62,714 nt of DNA from an uncultured Clostridia bacterium. Its GTDB lineage: Bacteria; Bacillota; Clostridia; TANB77; CAG-508. Both the position numbers and the translations under genes were made by a program. This document shows positions 19,938 through 29,661 of the stretch, piece by piece (within the stretch, counting starts at the first letter, position 1; each line of letters starts with the position of its first letter). The stretch lies in NCBI GenBank assembly GCA_944387485.1, contig CALXFC010000002.1:1-62714 (forward strand), in the 5' to 3' direction. The notes beneath the pieces are model-generated. The model made no database searches, was not told the origin of the DNA, and saw only the letters and a program-made list of their open reading frames with translations.

Positions 19938-22900
19938 ATGAAAACAAGAAATATTGCAAAAATCATTATCTTAACAACTTTATTAATTTTAGCAATAATT
20001 ATGGGAAAATTGTCAAATAAAATAAGTTTTGGGGCAGATAATGAAGAAAAAGCTATATTGCAAGGGTCTTTCGACAAATACATAAATTATGAATTACAAG
20101 ATGGAAGTAAAGGAACTCTAGTTCAGTATAGTTTAAGAATGGGAATTGAATATGAAAATGAATTTTTTGCCATTAGAACTTCTGAAGTTAATGTAAGTTT
20201 GAATCAAATAGATGGAAAATATCCTTTTGATGTAAAAGTAATAGCAAAAAGCACAAAGGCTACAAATGGAAAAACATCAGATATAGTTGAAGACTATAAT
20301 TACGATTCTAATACAGGTATGTTAACGATAAGAACAAGTAATGAAAATGAAAATGGTGAACCTATATATAGCGAAATGCCAGGAGAAAATGATAAAGATG
20401 AGTATGTAATAATTTCTTATTATGATACTTATACTCAGGATAAACCAGAAAGAGATTTAATATGTAATGTAAGTTATAAAGCTATATTATTTACTGATGA
20501 TAATAGAGAAGTTATAACTCAAGGAAGTTTGGAACAAAAAGTGACAGAGGATGTAGGGGAGTTAACATCTATCTATACTAATGTAAGTGATGTATATAAT
20601 GGTTATATTAAATCTAATATTATAAATGGAACTACATATGATACAGAATACACAGAAAATAATGAAATAGAAATAAGTAAGAAAGAAGCTCATCAAAAAA
20701 TATATCTTCAAGAACAAAATACGTATATTAATTTAAATGATATATATTATAAAAGCACAAAGATACTAAAAAATGATATTATAGATGTATTAGGTGAAAA
20801 TGGAAAAATAGAGATTTTAGATGGAAATGGAAATGTTATTACAACAGTAGATAATAATTCTGAGTTTAACGAAAATGGTGAATATATAATAACATATGAT
20901 GATGACATTAATAATATATCTATTAAAACAAGTAATGTCATTAGTGAAGGAAGTCTACATATAGAGAACGTAAAGAAGATTAAAAGTGATGTTTTGAACC
21001 TTGAGGATAAAGACATTAATACAAAAATTAGCTTAATAGGAATTAATGAGAAAGAAATAGAGGTAGAAGGCAGTAAAAATGATATATCTACTGAAGACAA
21101 TGTGGAAAAACAAATTGTAGAAGAAGAGAGTTATAGAATAGAAAAAGAGAATATAGTAAATATAAAAGATTCTACAACAAGTGTATCATTAAATATGAAC
21201 AATGAAAAATGGACGAATGAAAAACAAAATGAAGTAACTTTTGATATTTCATTAAATTCTTTATCTGCAGCAAATAATCTTTTTAATAATCCAACATTTA
21301 GAATTAAATTGCCAAACAGTGTAGAAAAAGTTATTTTAAATAATAGTTCACTTATGTATACAAATAGTTTAGCCATAAAGGAAGCATATGTAGAAACATT
21401 AGAAGATGGAACTATGAGTATTGTTGTAAACTTATCTGGTAATGAAACTTTATACAACGGAAATACTTTAGGTTTAGCAACTGATATAAAATTATCAACA
21501 TCAATAATTTTGAAAAATGATATTGAAGCTAATCTAGGTAAAGTTAGTGTAGAATATACTAACAATTATACTTTAGATGGTTCTGTAGAACAAGGAACAA
21601 TCGAGAAAACTATAGCTATAGAAGACTTTAAAACAAATCAGAATAATACTATAGCACAAAATGAAATATCTTCTATAGAAAATACAAATGGAGTAGTATC
21701 AACAGTAACACAAGCGGTTGAAGAAAAAGTAAAAGCAGAGATTTTAGCAGCAACACAAGATGAAATTGAAGGGCTAGAAGTAAATGTTACACCAACTAAA
21801 GGAAATATAGAAATAAAAGATGGAGATACAATATATGAAGGAGATTTTATAAAATATAATATAACAGTTACAAATACAACAAGCAATGATATAGATGATG
21901 TAAGAATTATAGCATCAATACCAGAAGGGACAAAATATGGTGAGCTAGAAACAAAGTTTGATTCACTTGAAAATAGGGCTTATCAATATAACTTTGATGA
22001 AGAACTTACTGAAAAAGAAATAAATATTGGTACATTAAAAGCAGGAAATACATATACAGGATATTATGAAGTACAAGTAGAAGATTTACCTGAAGGTGAA
22101 TCTGAAAAAGAAATATTAACTAATATAACATCATATATTGGAGATACTCAAACTAATAGTTATGAATTGAACAATACTATAAAACCAGGTGATGCAAAAG
22201 TATTCTTATGGTCTGCATTGGAAGGTTCAGATGGAGAGTGGGTATATGGTGTAAACTTAAGTATACCAGAAGGGCAAGAAACAACTTTGACAATAAATTT
22301 ACCTGAACAAATAGATGTACCTCAAGAAACAATTGATGAAGAACAAGCTTTTGTCTATGCGTATAAAAGTGATTATAGCACTAATATGAACCCAGAGGAG
22401 TCAGATGAACTTGTAGGAGACATAGATTTTGAATATCATTTTGAAGGAAACAAAGTTATAATAAATACAACAGAAAGTGGAACTTATATAGCAAATATCA
22501 AAATAATAGATGATTCTAAAATAAGAGATTTTGCGACTGAAGGAATAGCAGAATTAACAAGCTATGCTACTGCGGAGACTGCAGGAGTTCAATATATATC
22601 AAATGAAAATAGAACAATATTTGAGTTTAAGAATGTAGTAGTAAGTATGACTTCTGAAAATGAAGGAGAAGAAGTAAAATATGAAGAAGAAATTAATTAC
22701 GACATAAAAATTACTACTACGGCAACTTTTAATGCAAAAGATCAACCAGGAGCTATAAATGGAGTATATGTAAATATTTTAGATTATTTACCTGAATATG
22801 TAAATCCAGTGAGTGTTTCATATGATTATTATGAAGTAGAATATGAAACTGTTCAAACAGAAGAAGGAGAGACAAAAGTTGCCACTGGATTTAAAGACAA

Positions 22901-25900
22901 AGAAACAAGAACTGAAGATATAAGTTTTATGAGAAGTGATGAAAATGGAAACAGAAAAGCTAATGTAGATATATATACTTGGGTTCCAGATGGAGAAACA
23001 ATAGAGGTAAAAATTAATACTACTGCAGGCTTTGTTACTGAAAGAACAGAAATAGAGAATAGTGCGATAATTCAAAGCCCTCAAAACGAATCTACAGATA
23101 CGCAAATTTTTGAAACAGGAATAGAAACTAAGACAACAAATATAATAAAGCATATTATAGTACCATTTGATACTAGTGATGAATCTACACCAAGTGATCC
23201 ATCTGATCCGGATGATCCAAATAATCCAGAAGAGCCTGATAATCCAAATAACCCAGAAGATCCAACGATTCCAAGTGACGGAAAATATAGCATTTCAGGA
23301 ATTTCTTGGAATGATGAAAATGGTGATGGTACTAGACAAAATGATGAGTCTTTAATTAGTGGAATAGAAGTTATGTTAGTTGATATGGCTGATTCAAACA
23401 ATGTGAAAGCATCTACAACAACTAATAACGGAAGATATACTTTTTCAAATATAGACAGAGGAAATTATATAGTAGTATTTAGATATAATACACAAAGTTA
23501 TTTATTAACGACTTATAAAGTAAATGGAGCTTCAGAAGATGTAAATTCTGATGCAATAGAAGAAACTATAACATTAAATGGAGATAGAGTAAATGTTGGA
23601 GTTACAGATAATATAAATCTAACACAAGATGAGGATAATATAGACATTGGCTTAATAGATAGAAATGGATATGATTTAAAATTAGATAAATATATAAGTA
23701 ATGTTTCTGTAACTACCAAATCTGGAACAAAGCAATACTCATATGATAATGCAAAATTGGGAAAAGTAGAGATAAGAGCTAAAGAAATAGAAGGAGCTGA
23801 AGTTGCAGTAACATATAAAATTGTTATTACAAATGAAGGTAAGGCAAAAGTAAAAGTAAGTGAAGTTTATGATTATTTACCAGAAGGTTTAAGCTTTTCT
23901 TCAAGTAATAATACTAACTGGACATCAAGTGGTGATATGCTAGTTAACAAAGGGTTAATGAATCAAGAAATTAATCCTGGAGAAAGCAAAGAGATAACAT
24001 TGACATTAACTAAAACAATGAATAGTGAAAGTGTAGGTACATTTACAAATGCTGCAGAAATAGGGCTTGTAGATACAATAGAAGGGATAAATGATGCTGA
24101 TTCTACACCTGGAAATCGTAACCAATCTGAAGATGATTATTCAGAAGCTGAATTAATTATTTCTGTAAGTACAGGTTTAGCAGTATATATTTCCATAGGA
24201 GGAATAATAATACTAGCAATAATAGTATTATTAGTACTAATAATAAAATATAAAATTAATATAAGCAAAATTTCTAAAGTAGGATTCTCAATTTTAGTAT
24301 TTACTTTAGCTTGTCTAATGTCTTCAAATTATGTTGCAGCAGCGGCACCTTCTCGTGCAACTTACTATTGGTCAGGACAACATTCTTTTAGTGGAGGACC
24401 TAGTGGCAGTGGTACTTGTCAAAATTATGGACTAGTTGGTGCAGGAAGAAATAATATAGGATGTTATCATGGAAGAGGATATAGTTGGCAATATGATACA
24501 AGTGTTACACAAATTTGGGGAGATATACAAACTACATCACCACATATAAGTTTACAAAAAAACAATACTAATATAAATGTAAGGAAAATAGGAAATAATT
24601 ATATATTAGGACCATTCCAAATAACTACTAATTCTTCAGGAGGAAGCATAACTATATTAGATAAGAATAATACTAGAATAGATGGATGGGGATTATGTAA
24701 TGAAAATGGAGTTGGAAGTAATCCACTTGCTGGAACAGGAAATGTAACTTTTTACTTAAGCTTGTCAGAATCTTTATATGAGAGAGGAGTAAGTAGAGTA
24801 CAATTAAATCAATCAAGAACAGCTTCATATTCACAAACATATGATATAAGTGGAAGATCATATTATAAATCTGATGTACGTTATGTATCTTGTACAGTTA
24901 GACGTAAAGGTGGAGGAACTATAAGAATAAATGGACATCAAAACGTTTTAAGTTCTTATTATCATATAGGAGTAGGAACAAACCAATGGAGTGAAAATAC
25001 TTCTGCTACTGTAGAATGGACTTCATTTAATGCTTCATTAGATATTGTGAAAGTTGATAAAGATGATGTGGATATAAAAATAGATATACAAGGAACACTT
25101 AGAAAAGATGATGGAACATATAATCAAAGTTTCAGCACATCAAATGGTGAATATCATTTTGACAACTTGACTCCAGGAAAATATGTCTTAACAGAAACAG
25201 TAAATAATGAGTATGGTTATGAAGAAGAAGTAAATAAAACATTAGATATTTTAGTATATAGTGGATTAAAGCAAAAAGTTTTAATTACAAACGAAAAACA
25301 TACAGGTATATTAAAGATTACTAAAAATGATCCAGATAGTAATACTAATTTAGAAAATGTAGGTTTCAGAATAATGGATTCTAGTGGTCAATATATAGTA
25401 GGAATTGATACAAATGGTGAAAGATTAACTGAGGCTATAGGAGATGTATATTTTGGAAATATGGAAACAACTTCTAATATAGAAGAAGCAACAGAGTTTA
25501 AGACAGATAGTAATGGTGAAATAAGAATATATAACATAAGAGTTGGTACATATACAGTACAAGAAGTATCTATTGGAGATAATAATTATGGATATGAGAT
25601 AGATGATGATTTTATATCTTGGGATAATGGACAAGAAAGCGGAACAGGAGCTATTGCTACAATAGAGGTAGTAAGACAAAGATCATACGAAACAATGCCG
25701 GAAACAGATGTTATATATGATAACCAAAAGACTATAGAGGATGGAACTTATCAGATAGAAACAGGAGTAAGTTCAAATTTTGCAATAGAACTTGCAAAAT
25801 CATATACATATAATTCAGCAAATGTTGCTATTTACACAAAGAGCAATAGTATAGGACAACAATGGTATGTAAGATATTTAGGTAATGGATATTATACAAT

Positions 25901-28900
25901 AATGTCATTAGCAGCACAAAAATATATGGATGTTTATAATGGAAACGCGATTGTGCAAAATGGTACAAATGTACAAATATATCCAGCAAATGGAGCGACT
26001 AATCAGCAATGGAAATTTGTATCAAAAGGAAATGGATATTATAGTATTTTAACAAGAGCTAATGAGGCTTATGCTTTGGATGTTAATGCAGCAGCAGCAG
26101 CAAATAATACAAATATACAAATGTACCAAATAAATGGAAGCGCAGCACAGAATTTTAAATTTAATGATTTAGCAGATGTTTATGAAGTTTCAGAAAGCAC
26201 AGTTAATTTCCATAATAGAAGAAAGTTTGTTAAATTATCAGGAAAAGTATGGGAAGACATGATAAGTGGAAAGACATCTCAAAGGGATTATAAATATAGT
26301 GAAACAGAAGAAGACGAATCAAATCCTGATAAATTAGTGGCAAATGTAACAGTAAAATTAAAAGATAGAGATGGAAATTCCGTTGATTTTAAAACAGAAG
26401 ATGGAAGAATAGTAAATGAAATATTAACAGATGAAAACGGAAGCTATAAAATGGTAGATGTATTAATAGATGAATTACCAAATTATTATATAGAATTTTC
26501 TTATAATGGAATGAGTTATACATCAATACCAATAGTAGACCTTGTATTAAGTAATGATGATTATAATGGAACAAGAGCAATAGAAAATGCAGATGAAAGA
26601 ACAGAGTTTAACAATAATTATTCTACTATAACACATCAAGGAGTGACTGATCCGATAGGGGAATCATTAGATGAAACTGGCGAAAAAACATATGATTTAA
26701 ATTATGACGAAGATACCGAGAATCACCAAAGTTATTTGAATTATGGAGAAGGCTCAGTGTATGGATATGAAAATCAAAAATTCCCTATAAACATGACTGA
26801 AGAACAATATATGATAACATCTAATACAAGAGATGCATTCATTTCTGTTGAACAAGGATATTCTGGATATTTGTCTGATATAAAATCACCAGAGACTATA
26901 AGAGTTTCTGGAATAACAGAAGTTGAAAATATCAATTTAGGATTACAAGAAAGAGAACAACCTGATTTAGCAGTAGTTGAAGATATTGAAAGTGCAAAAA
27001 TAACACTAAATGGTTATGAGCATACATATTATTATAATCAAAGATTTGAAAATCAGGAAGTTCCTGGAGGATTTGATGTAGGTGTTAAATTTGGAAACGA
27101 ATATGGTTCAGCTTCATATACAAGAGCGATTTATTCATCAGATGTAGTATATAATATGCAGGAAGGAAATGAAGGAAAATTAGGAGTATATATAAGATAT
27201 AAGATATCATTAAGAAACGAAGCAACAACTCTATATAGTATAGCAAATGAGGCCGTAAATTATTTTGATAACAGATATAATATAGATAGTATTACAGATG
27301 CAAATGGAAACATACTAGATTATCAACTAGATGAGAATTATAATAATAATGGATTTAAGAAAGTAACAATTCAAACGAATCAAAATATAAGTGCACAACA
27401 ACAAAATATTATATATATAACATATAAATTACAAAATGATGCGGTTAATGCAATATTAAATCAAGATGTAACACTGGATTCTATAACAGAGATAACATCA
27501 TATTCAACATATTCAGATGAAAATTATACTGTGCATTATGGAGGAGTAGACAGAGACTCAAGACCAGGTTCTGTTATACCAGAAAATAGAAACAACACAA
27601 GTGATGATGATAATAAAAATACATATGAAGATGATACAGATAGTGCACCATCATTAATACTACAAATAAGTGAAAGTGAAGGTAGAGTAATAAGAGGAAC
27701 TGTTTGGGAAGATAATGCAATAGAGGAACTATTAGAAAATGAAGGATATGATAAAGAGAGAAAAGGTGATGGAATCTATGTAGAAGGGGAAAATGTTGTA
27801 AGTCAAGTAAAAGTAGAATTATTATCTTGTGATGAAAATGGAAATCCACAAGGGGTGGCATCTTTATATAAGAAAGACGACGTAACAGGAGAAGATGTAG
27901 AAGTTCCAGAGTCCGCAATCACAAATACAGATGAAAATGGTAATTATGAAATTGCTGGAATAATACCAGGAAAATATGTAATAAGATATACATATGGAAA
28001 CTCAAGCCTAATAGTTAGAGCTGATGGAACAACTGAGAATATAGACCCAGAAAAATACAAATCAACAGTATATAGAGGTGGAAACAAAGAACAGGCAGAG
28101 GCAATGACTGACTATTGGTATAGAGCAGAGACAGGAGAAAATGTTACAAGATATTCAGACGCTTTAGATACGTCTGGAATAAGAGCAGATGGAACAAGAA
28201 TTGATGATTTAATAGAATATAGAACTAGAGAAAGAGAAGACGGAACATATACTGAAGAAAAATCATATACGTATGGAACAGTTTCAAAAGAAGAAAATCC
28301 AGATTTAACAGATATCGAATCAAATACAAGAATGTTTGATATAAAAATAGATTATGATATTAATTTGGATAATATAAGTAGATATGGAGAAGAACTCAAG
28401 TTCATATTTGATAATATTGATCTTGGAATTATTAGAAGACCTGTTCAAAATATTGACGTTAGAAAAGAGATATCATATATTCAAGTAAAACTTGCAAATG
28501 GTCAAGTAATAATTGATGGGGATCCAAGAAATGAAAGTCTTGATCACGTAAGATTTTTACCAGATGGAAATGTACATATTGAAATTGATAGCGAGTTATT
28601 ACAAGGATCAACATTAACTATTAGATATGAAATAGTAGTTGATAATACAAAGGCTGAGATAGATTATGATAATAGAGATTACTATATTTATGGAAATGTT
28701 CCAGATGGTAATGAAAACTGGAAGATAGCAACAATATCTAATTTAATCGATTACTTATCAAATGAAGTAATATATGATGAAGATAATACAGAAAATACAA
28801 GTAATTGGCAACAAATTACTAATGTAGAACAGACAGATTTAGTTGAACAAGGATTGTTATCGGAAGAAGCCTTTGAAGCTGTTAAGAAATACAATCTAAT

Positions 28901-29252
28901 ATTACAAACATCAGAATTTGAAGATATGCAACCAAATGAAGAAAAGAGAGTACCATTAGTAGTCTCTAGGGTATTAAGTAATACAGATGATGATCTTGTA
29001 TATGAAAATGATATAGAAATAAATGAAGTAACAAATAGAAGAATGGAACATAATGGAGAATATACAACGCCAGGAGATTATGTACCAAGTGATACAGGAA
29101 GAGAACCTGGTGGAGATGATGACTATATTTACTTAACTGTGTCAAAACCTACAGGTGAGGACAAGAATTATATACCATATATCATTTTAGGAATAAGTTC
29201 ATGTGTAATATTAGGAGCAGGAATAGTCTTTATTAAGAAAAAAGTATTATAA
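19938..29252 (+). CDS. Giant surface protein A2-B2 (3104 aa): an A-type module (aa 1 to about 1439) fused in frame to a B-type module carrying an inserted ricin lectin domain
   Basis: The A part has DUF11 (GDFIKYNITVTNTTSNDIDDVRIIASIPEGT), a P/D-rich linker, SdrD-B (GISWNDENGDGTRQNDESLISGIEVMLVD) and a C-terminal block about 40% identical by eye to A1. The internal junction reads STG-TM-KYKINISKISK-hydrophobic-VAAAAPS. The B part has two SpaA-like domains, ricin (QQWYV, QQWKF, AQNFKF), SdrD-B domains, and a tail of VSKPTGED, a TM segment and KKKVL. Confidence 0.8.
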   Translation: MKTRNIAKIIILTTLLILAIIMGKLSNKISFGADNEEKAILQGSFDKYINYELQDGSKGTLVQYSLRMGIEYENEFFAIRTSEVNVSLNQIDGKYPFDVKVIAKSTKATNGKTSDIVEDYNYDSNTGMLTIRTSNENENGEPIYSEMPGENDKDEYVIISYYDTYTQDKPERDLICNVSYKAILFTDDNREVITQGSLEQKVTEDVGELTSIYTNVSDVYNGYIKSNIINGTTYDTEYTENNEIEISKKEAHQKIYLQEQNTYINLNDIYYKSTKILKNDIIDVLGENGKIEILDGNGNVITTVDNNSEFNENGEYIITYDDDINNISIKTSNVISEGSLHIENVKKIKSDVLNLEDKDINTKISLIGINEKEIEVEGSKNDISTEDNVEKQIVEEESYRIEKENIVNIKDSTTSVSLNMNNEKWTNEKQNEVTFDISLNSLSAANNLFNNPTFRIKLPNSVEKVILNNSSLMYTNSLAIKEAYVETLEDGTMSIVVNLSGNETLYNGNTLGLATDIKLSTSIILKNDIEANLGKVSVEYTNNYTLDGSVEQGTIEKTIAIEDFKTNQNNTIAQNEISSIENTNGVVSTVTQAVEEKVKAEILAATQDEIEGLEVNVTPTKGNIEIKDGDTIYEGDFIKYNITVTNTTSNDIDDVRIIASIPEGTKYGELETKFDSLENRAYQYNFDEELTEKEINIGTLKAGNTYTGYYEVQVEDLPEGESEKEILTNITSYIGDTQTNSYELNNTIKPGDAKVFLWSALEGSDGEWVYGVNLSIPEGQETTLTINLPEQIDVPQETIDEEQAFVYAYKSDYSTNMNPEESDELVGDIDFEYHFEGNKVIINTTESGTYIANIKIIDDSKIRDFATEGIAELTSYATAETAGVQYISNENRTIFEFKNVVVSMTSENEGEEVKYEEEINYDIKITTTATFNAKDQPGAINGVYVNILDYLPEYVNPVSVSYDYYEVEYETVQTEEGETKVATGFKDKETRTEDISFMRSDENGNRKANVDIYTWVPDGETIEVKINTTAGFVTERTEIENSAIIQSPQNESTDTQIFETGIETKTTNIIKHIIVPFDTSDESTPSDPSDPDDPNNPEEPDNPNNPEDPTIPSDGKYSISGISWNDENGDGTRQNDESLISGIEVMLVDMADSNNVKASTTTNNGRYTFSNIDRGNYIVVFRYNTQSYLLTTYKVNGASEDVNSDAIEETITLNGDRVNVGVTDNINLTQDEDNIDIGLIDRNGYDLKLDKYISNVSVTTKSGTKQYSYDNAKLGKVEIRAKEIEGAEVAVTYKIVITNEGKAKVKVSEVYDYLPEGLSFSSSNNTNWTSSGDMLVNKGLMNQEINPGESKEITLTLTKTMNSESVGTFTNAAEIGLVDTIEGINDADSTPGNRNQSEDDYSEAELIISVSTGLAVYISIGGIIILAIIVLLVLIIKYKINISKISKVGFSILVFTLACLMSSNYVAAAAPSRATYYWSGQHSFSGGPSGSGTCQNYGLVGAGRNNIGCYHGRGYSWQYDTSVTQIWGDIQTTSPHISLQKNNTNINVRKIGNNYILGPFQITTNSSGGSITILDKNNTRIDGWGLCNENGVGSNPLAGTGNVTFYLSLSESLYERGVSRVQLNQSRTASYSQTYDISGRSYYKSDVRYVSCTVRRKGGGTIRINGHQNVLSSYYHIGVGTNQWSENTSATVEWTSFNASLDIVKVDKDDVDIKIDIQGTLRKDDGTYNQSFSTSNGEYHFDNLTPGKYVLTETVNNEYGYEEEVNKTLDILVYSGLKQKVLITNEKHTGILKITKNDPDSNTNLENVGFRIMDSSGQYIVGIDTNGERLTEAIGDVYFGNMETTSNIEEATEFKTDSNGEIRIYNIRVGTYTVQEVSIGDNNYGYEIDDDFISWDNGQESGTGAIATIEVVRQRSYETMPETDVIYDNQKTIEDGTYQIETGVSSNFAIELAKSYTYNSANVAIYTKSNSIGQQWYVRYLGNGYYTIMSLAAQKYMDVYNGNAIVQNGTNVQIYPANGATNQQWKFVSKGNGYYSILTRANEAYALDVNAAAAANNTNIQMYQINGSAAQNFKFNDLADVYEVSESTVNFHNRRKFVKLSGKVWEDMISGKTSQRDYKYSETEEDESNPDKLVANVTVKLKDRDGNSVDFKTEDGRIVNEILTDENGSYKMVDVLIDELPNYYIEFSYNGMSYTSIPIVDLVLSNDDYNGTRAIENADERTEFNNNYSTITHQGVTDPIGESLDETGEKTYDLNYDEDTENHQSYLNYGEGSVYGYENQKFPINMTEEQYMITSNTRDAFISVEQGYSGYLSDIKSPETIRVSGITEVENINLGLQEREQPDLAVVEDIESAKITLNGYEHTYYYNQRFENQEVPGGFDVGVKFGNEYGSASYTRAIYSSDVVYNMQEGNEGKLGVYIRYKISLRNEATTLYSIANEAVNYFDNRYNIDSITDANGNILDYQLDENYNNNGFKKVTIQTNQNISAQQQNIIYITYKLQNDAVNAILNQDVTLDSITEITSYSTYSDENYTVHYGGVDRDSRPGSVIPENRNNTSDDDNKNTYEDDTDSAPSLILQISESEGRVIRGTVWEDNAIEELLENEGYDKERKGDGIYVEGENVVSQVKVELLSCDENGNPQGVASLYKKDDVTGEDVEVPESAITNTDENGNYEIAGIIPGKYVIRYTYGNSSLIVRADGTTENIDPEKYKSTVYRGGNKEQAEAMTDYWYRAETGENVTRYSDALDTSGIRADGTRIDDLIEYRTREREDGTYTEEKSYTYGTVSKEENPDLTDIESNTRMFDIKIDYDINLDNISRYGEELKFIFDNIDLGIIRRPVQNIDVRKEISYIQVKLANGQVIIDGDPRNESLDHVRFLPDGNVHIEIDSELLQGSTLTIRYEIVVDNTKAEIDYDNRDYYIYGNVPDGNENWKIATISNLIDYLSNEVIYDEDNTENTSNWQQITNVEQTDLVEQGLLSEEAFEAVKKYNLILQTSEFEDMQPNEEKRVPLVVSRVLSNTDDDLVYENDIEINEVTNRRMEHNGEYTTPGDYVPSDTGREPGGDDDYIYLTVSKPTGEDKNYIPYIILGISSCVILGAGIVFIKKKVL

Positions 29253-29276
29253 TTAAATAATTAAATACGAAAAGAA

Positions 29277-29316
29277 TCAGGTTAGGATATTATTATCCAA
29301 CCTGATTTCTTTGTAA
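29277..29316 (+). terminator. Rho-independent terminator
   Basis: AATCAGGTTAGGATA pairs with TATCCAACCTGATT, followed by a T-rich tail. Confidence 0.75.
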
Positions 29317-29661
29317 TAAATAAAAGATTTGTAAACACGACGCTTTAAAGCTTAGTAGAGAGTATATAAAAGAGATTTTTAGTACAAAACTAGACATAGT
29401 GATAAATATACCCATCAAATTAAAGGTATTAGGTTGAGGGAATATATTTTAATTATAAATTATTATAACATTTCCCCTAAATATTGCTTTTTTTGATATT
29501 ATGTAATAAAATAAAAATCGTATAATAGATTATTCTGAATAAAATGAAAGATATAAATAAAAATTTGTAAAAAAATTTTTTGGTTTAGCAGACCAGAAAA
29601 GACAAAAACCACAAAGGACAAGTAGTAAAATAAGCTTATCAAAAATTAAGAGGTGGTAAGG

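Noticed and set aside
10760-29252. Canonical LPXTG sortase signals, and prophage, IS or integrase genes flanking the adhesin locus.
   Set aside because: I found no LPXTG, NPQTN or SPKTG motif by eye; only APATG in B1 fits xPxTG. No integrase, transposase or direct-repeat borders are visible. I therefore cannot call the locus a mobile island or call the proteins confirmed sortase substrates.
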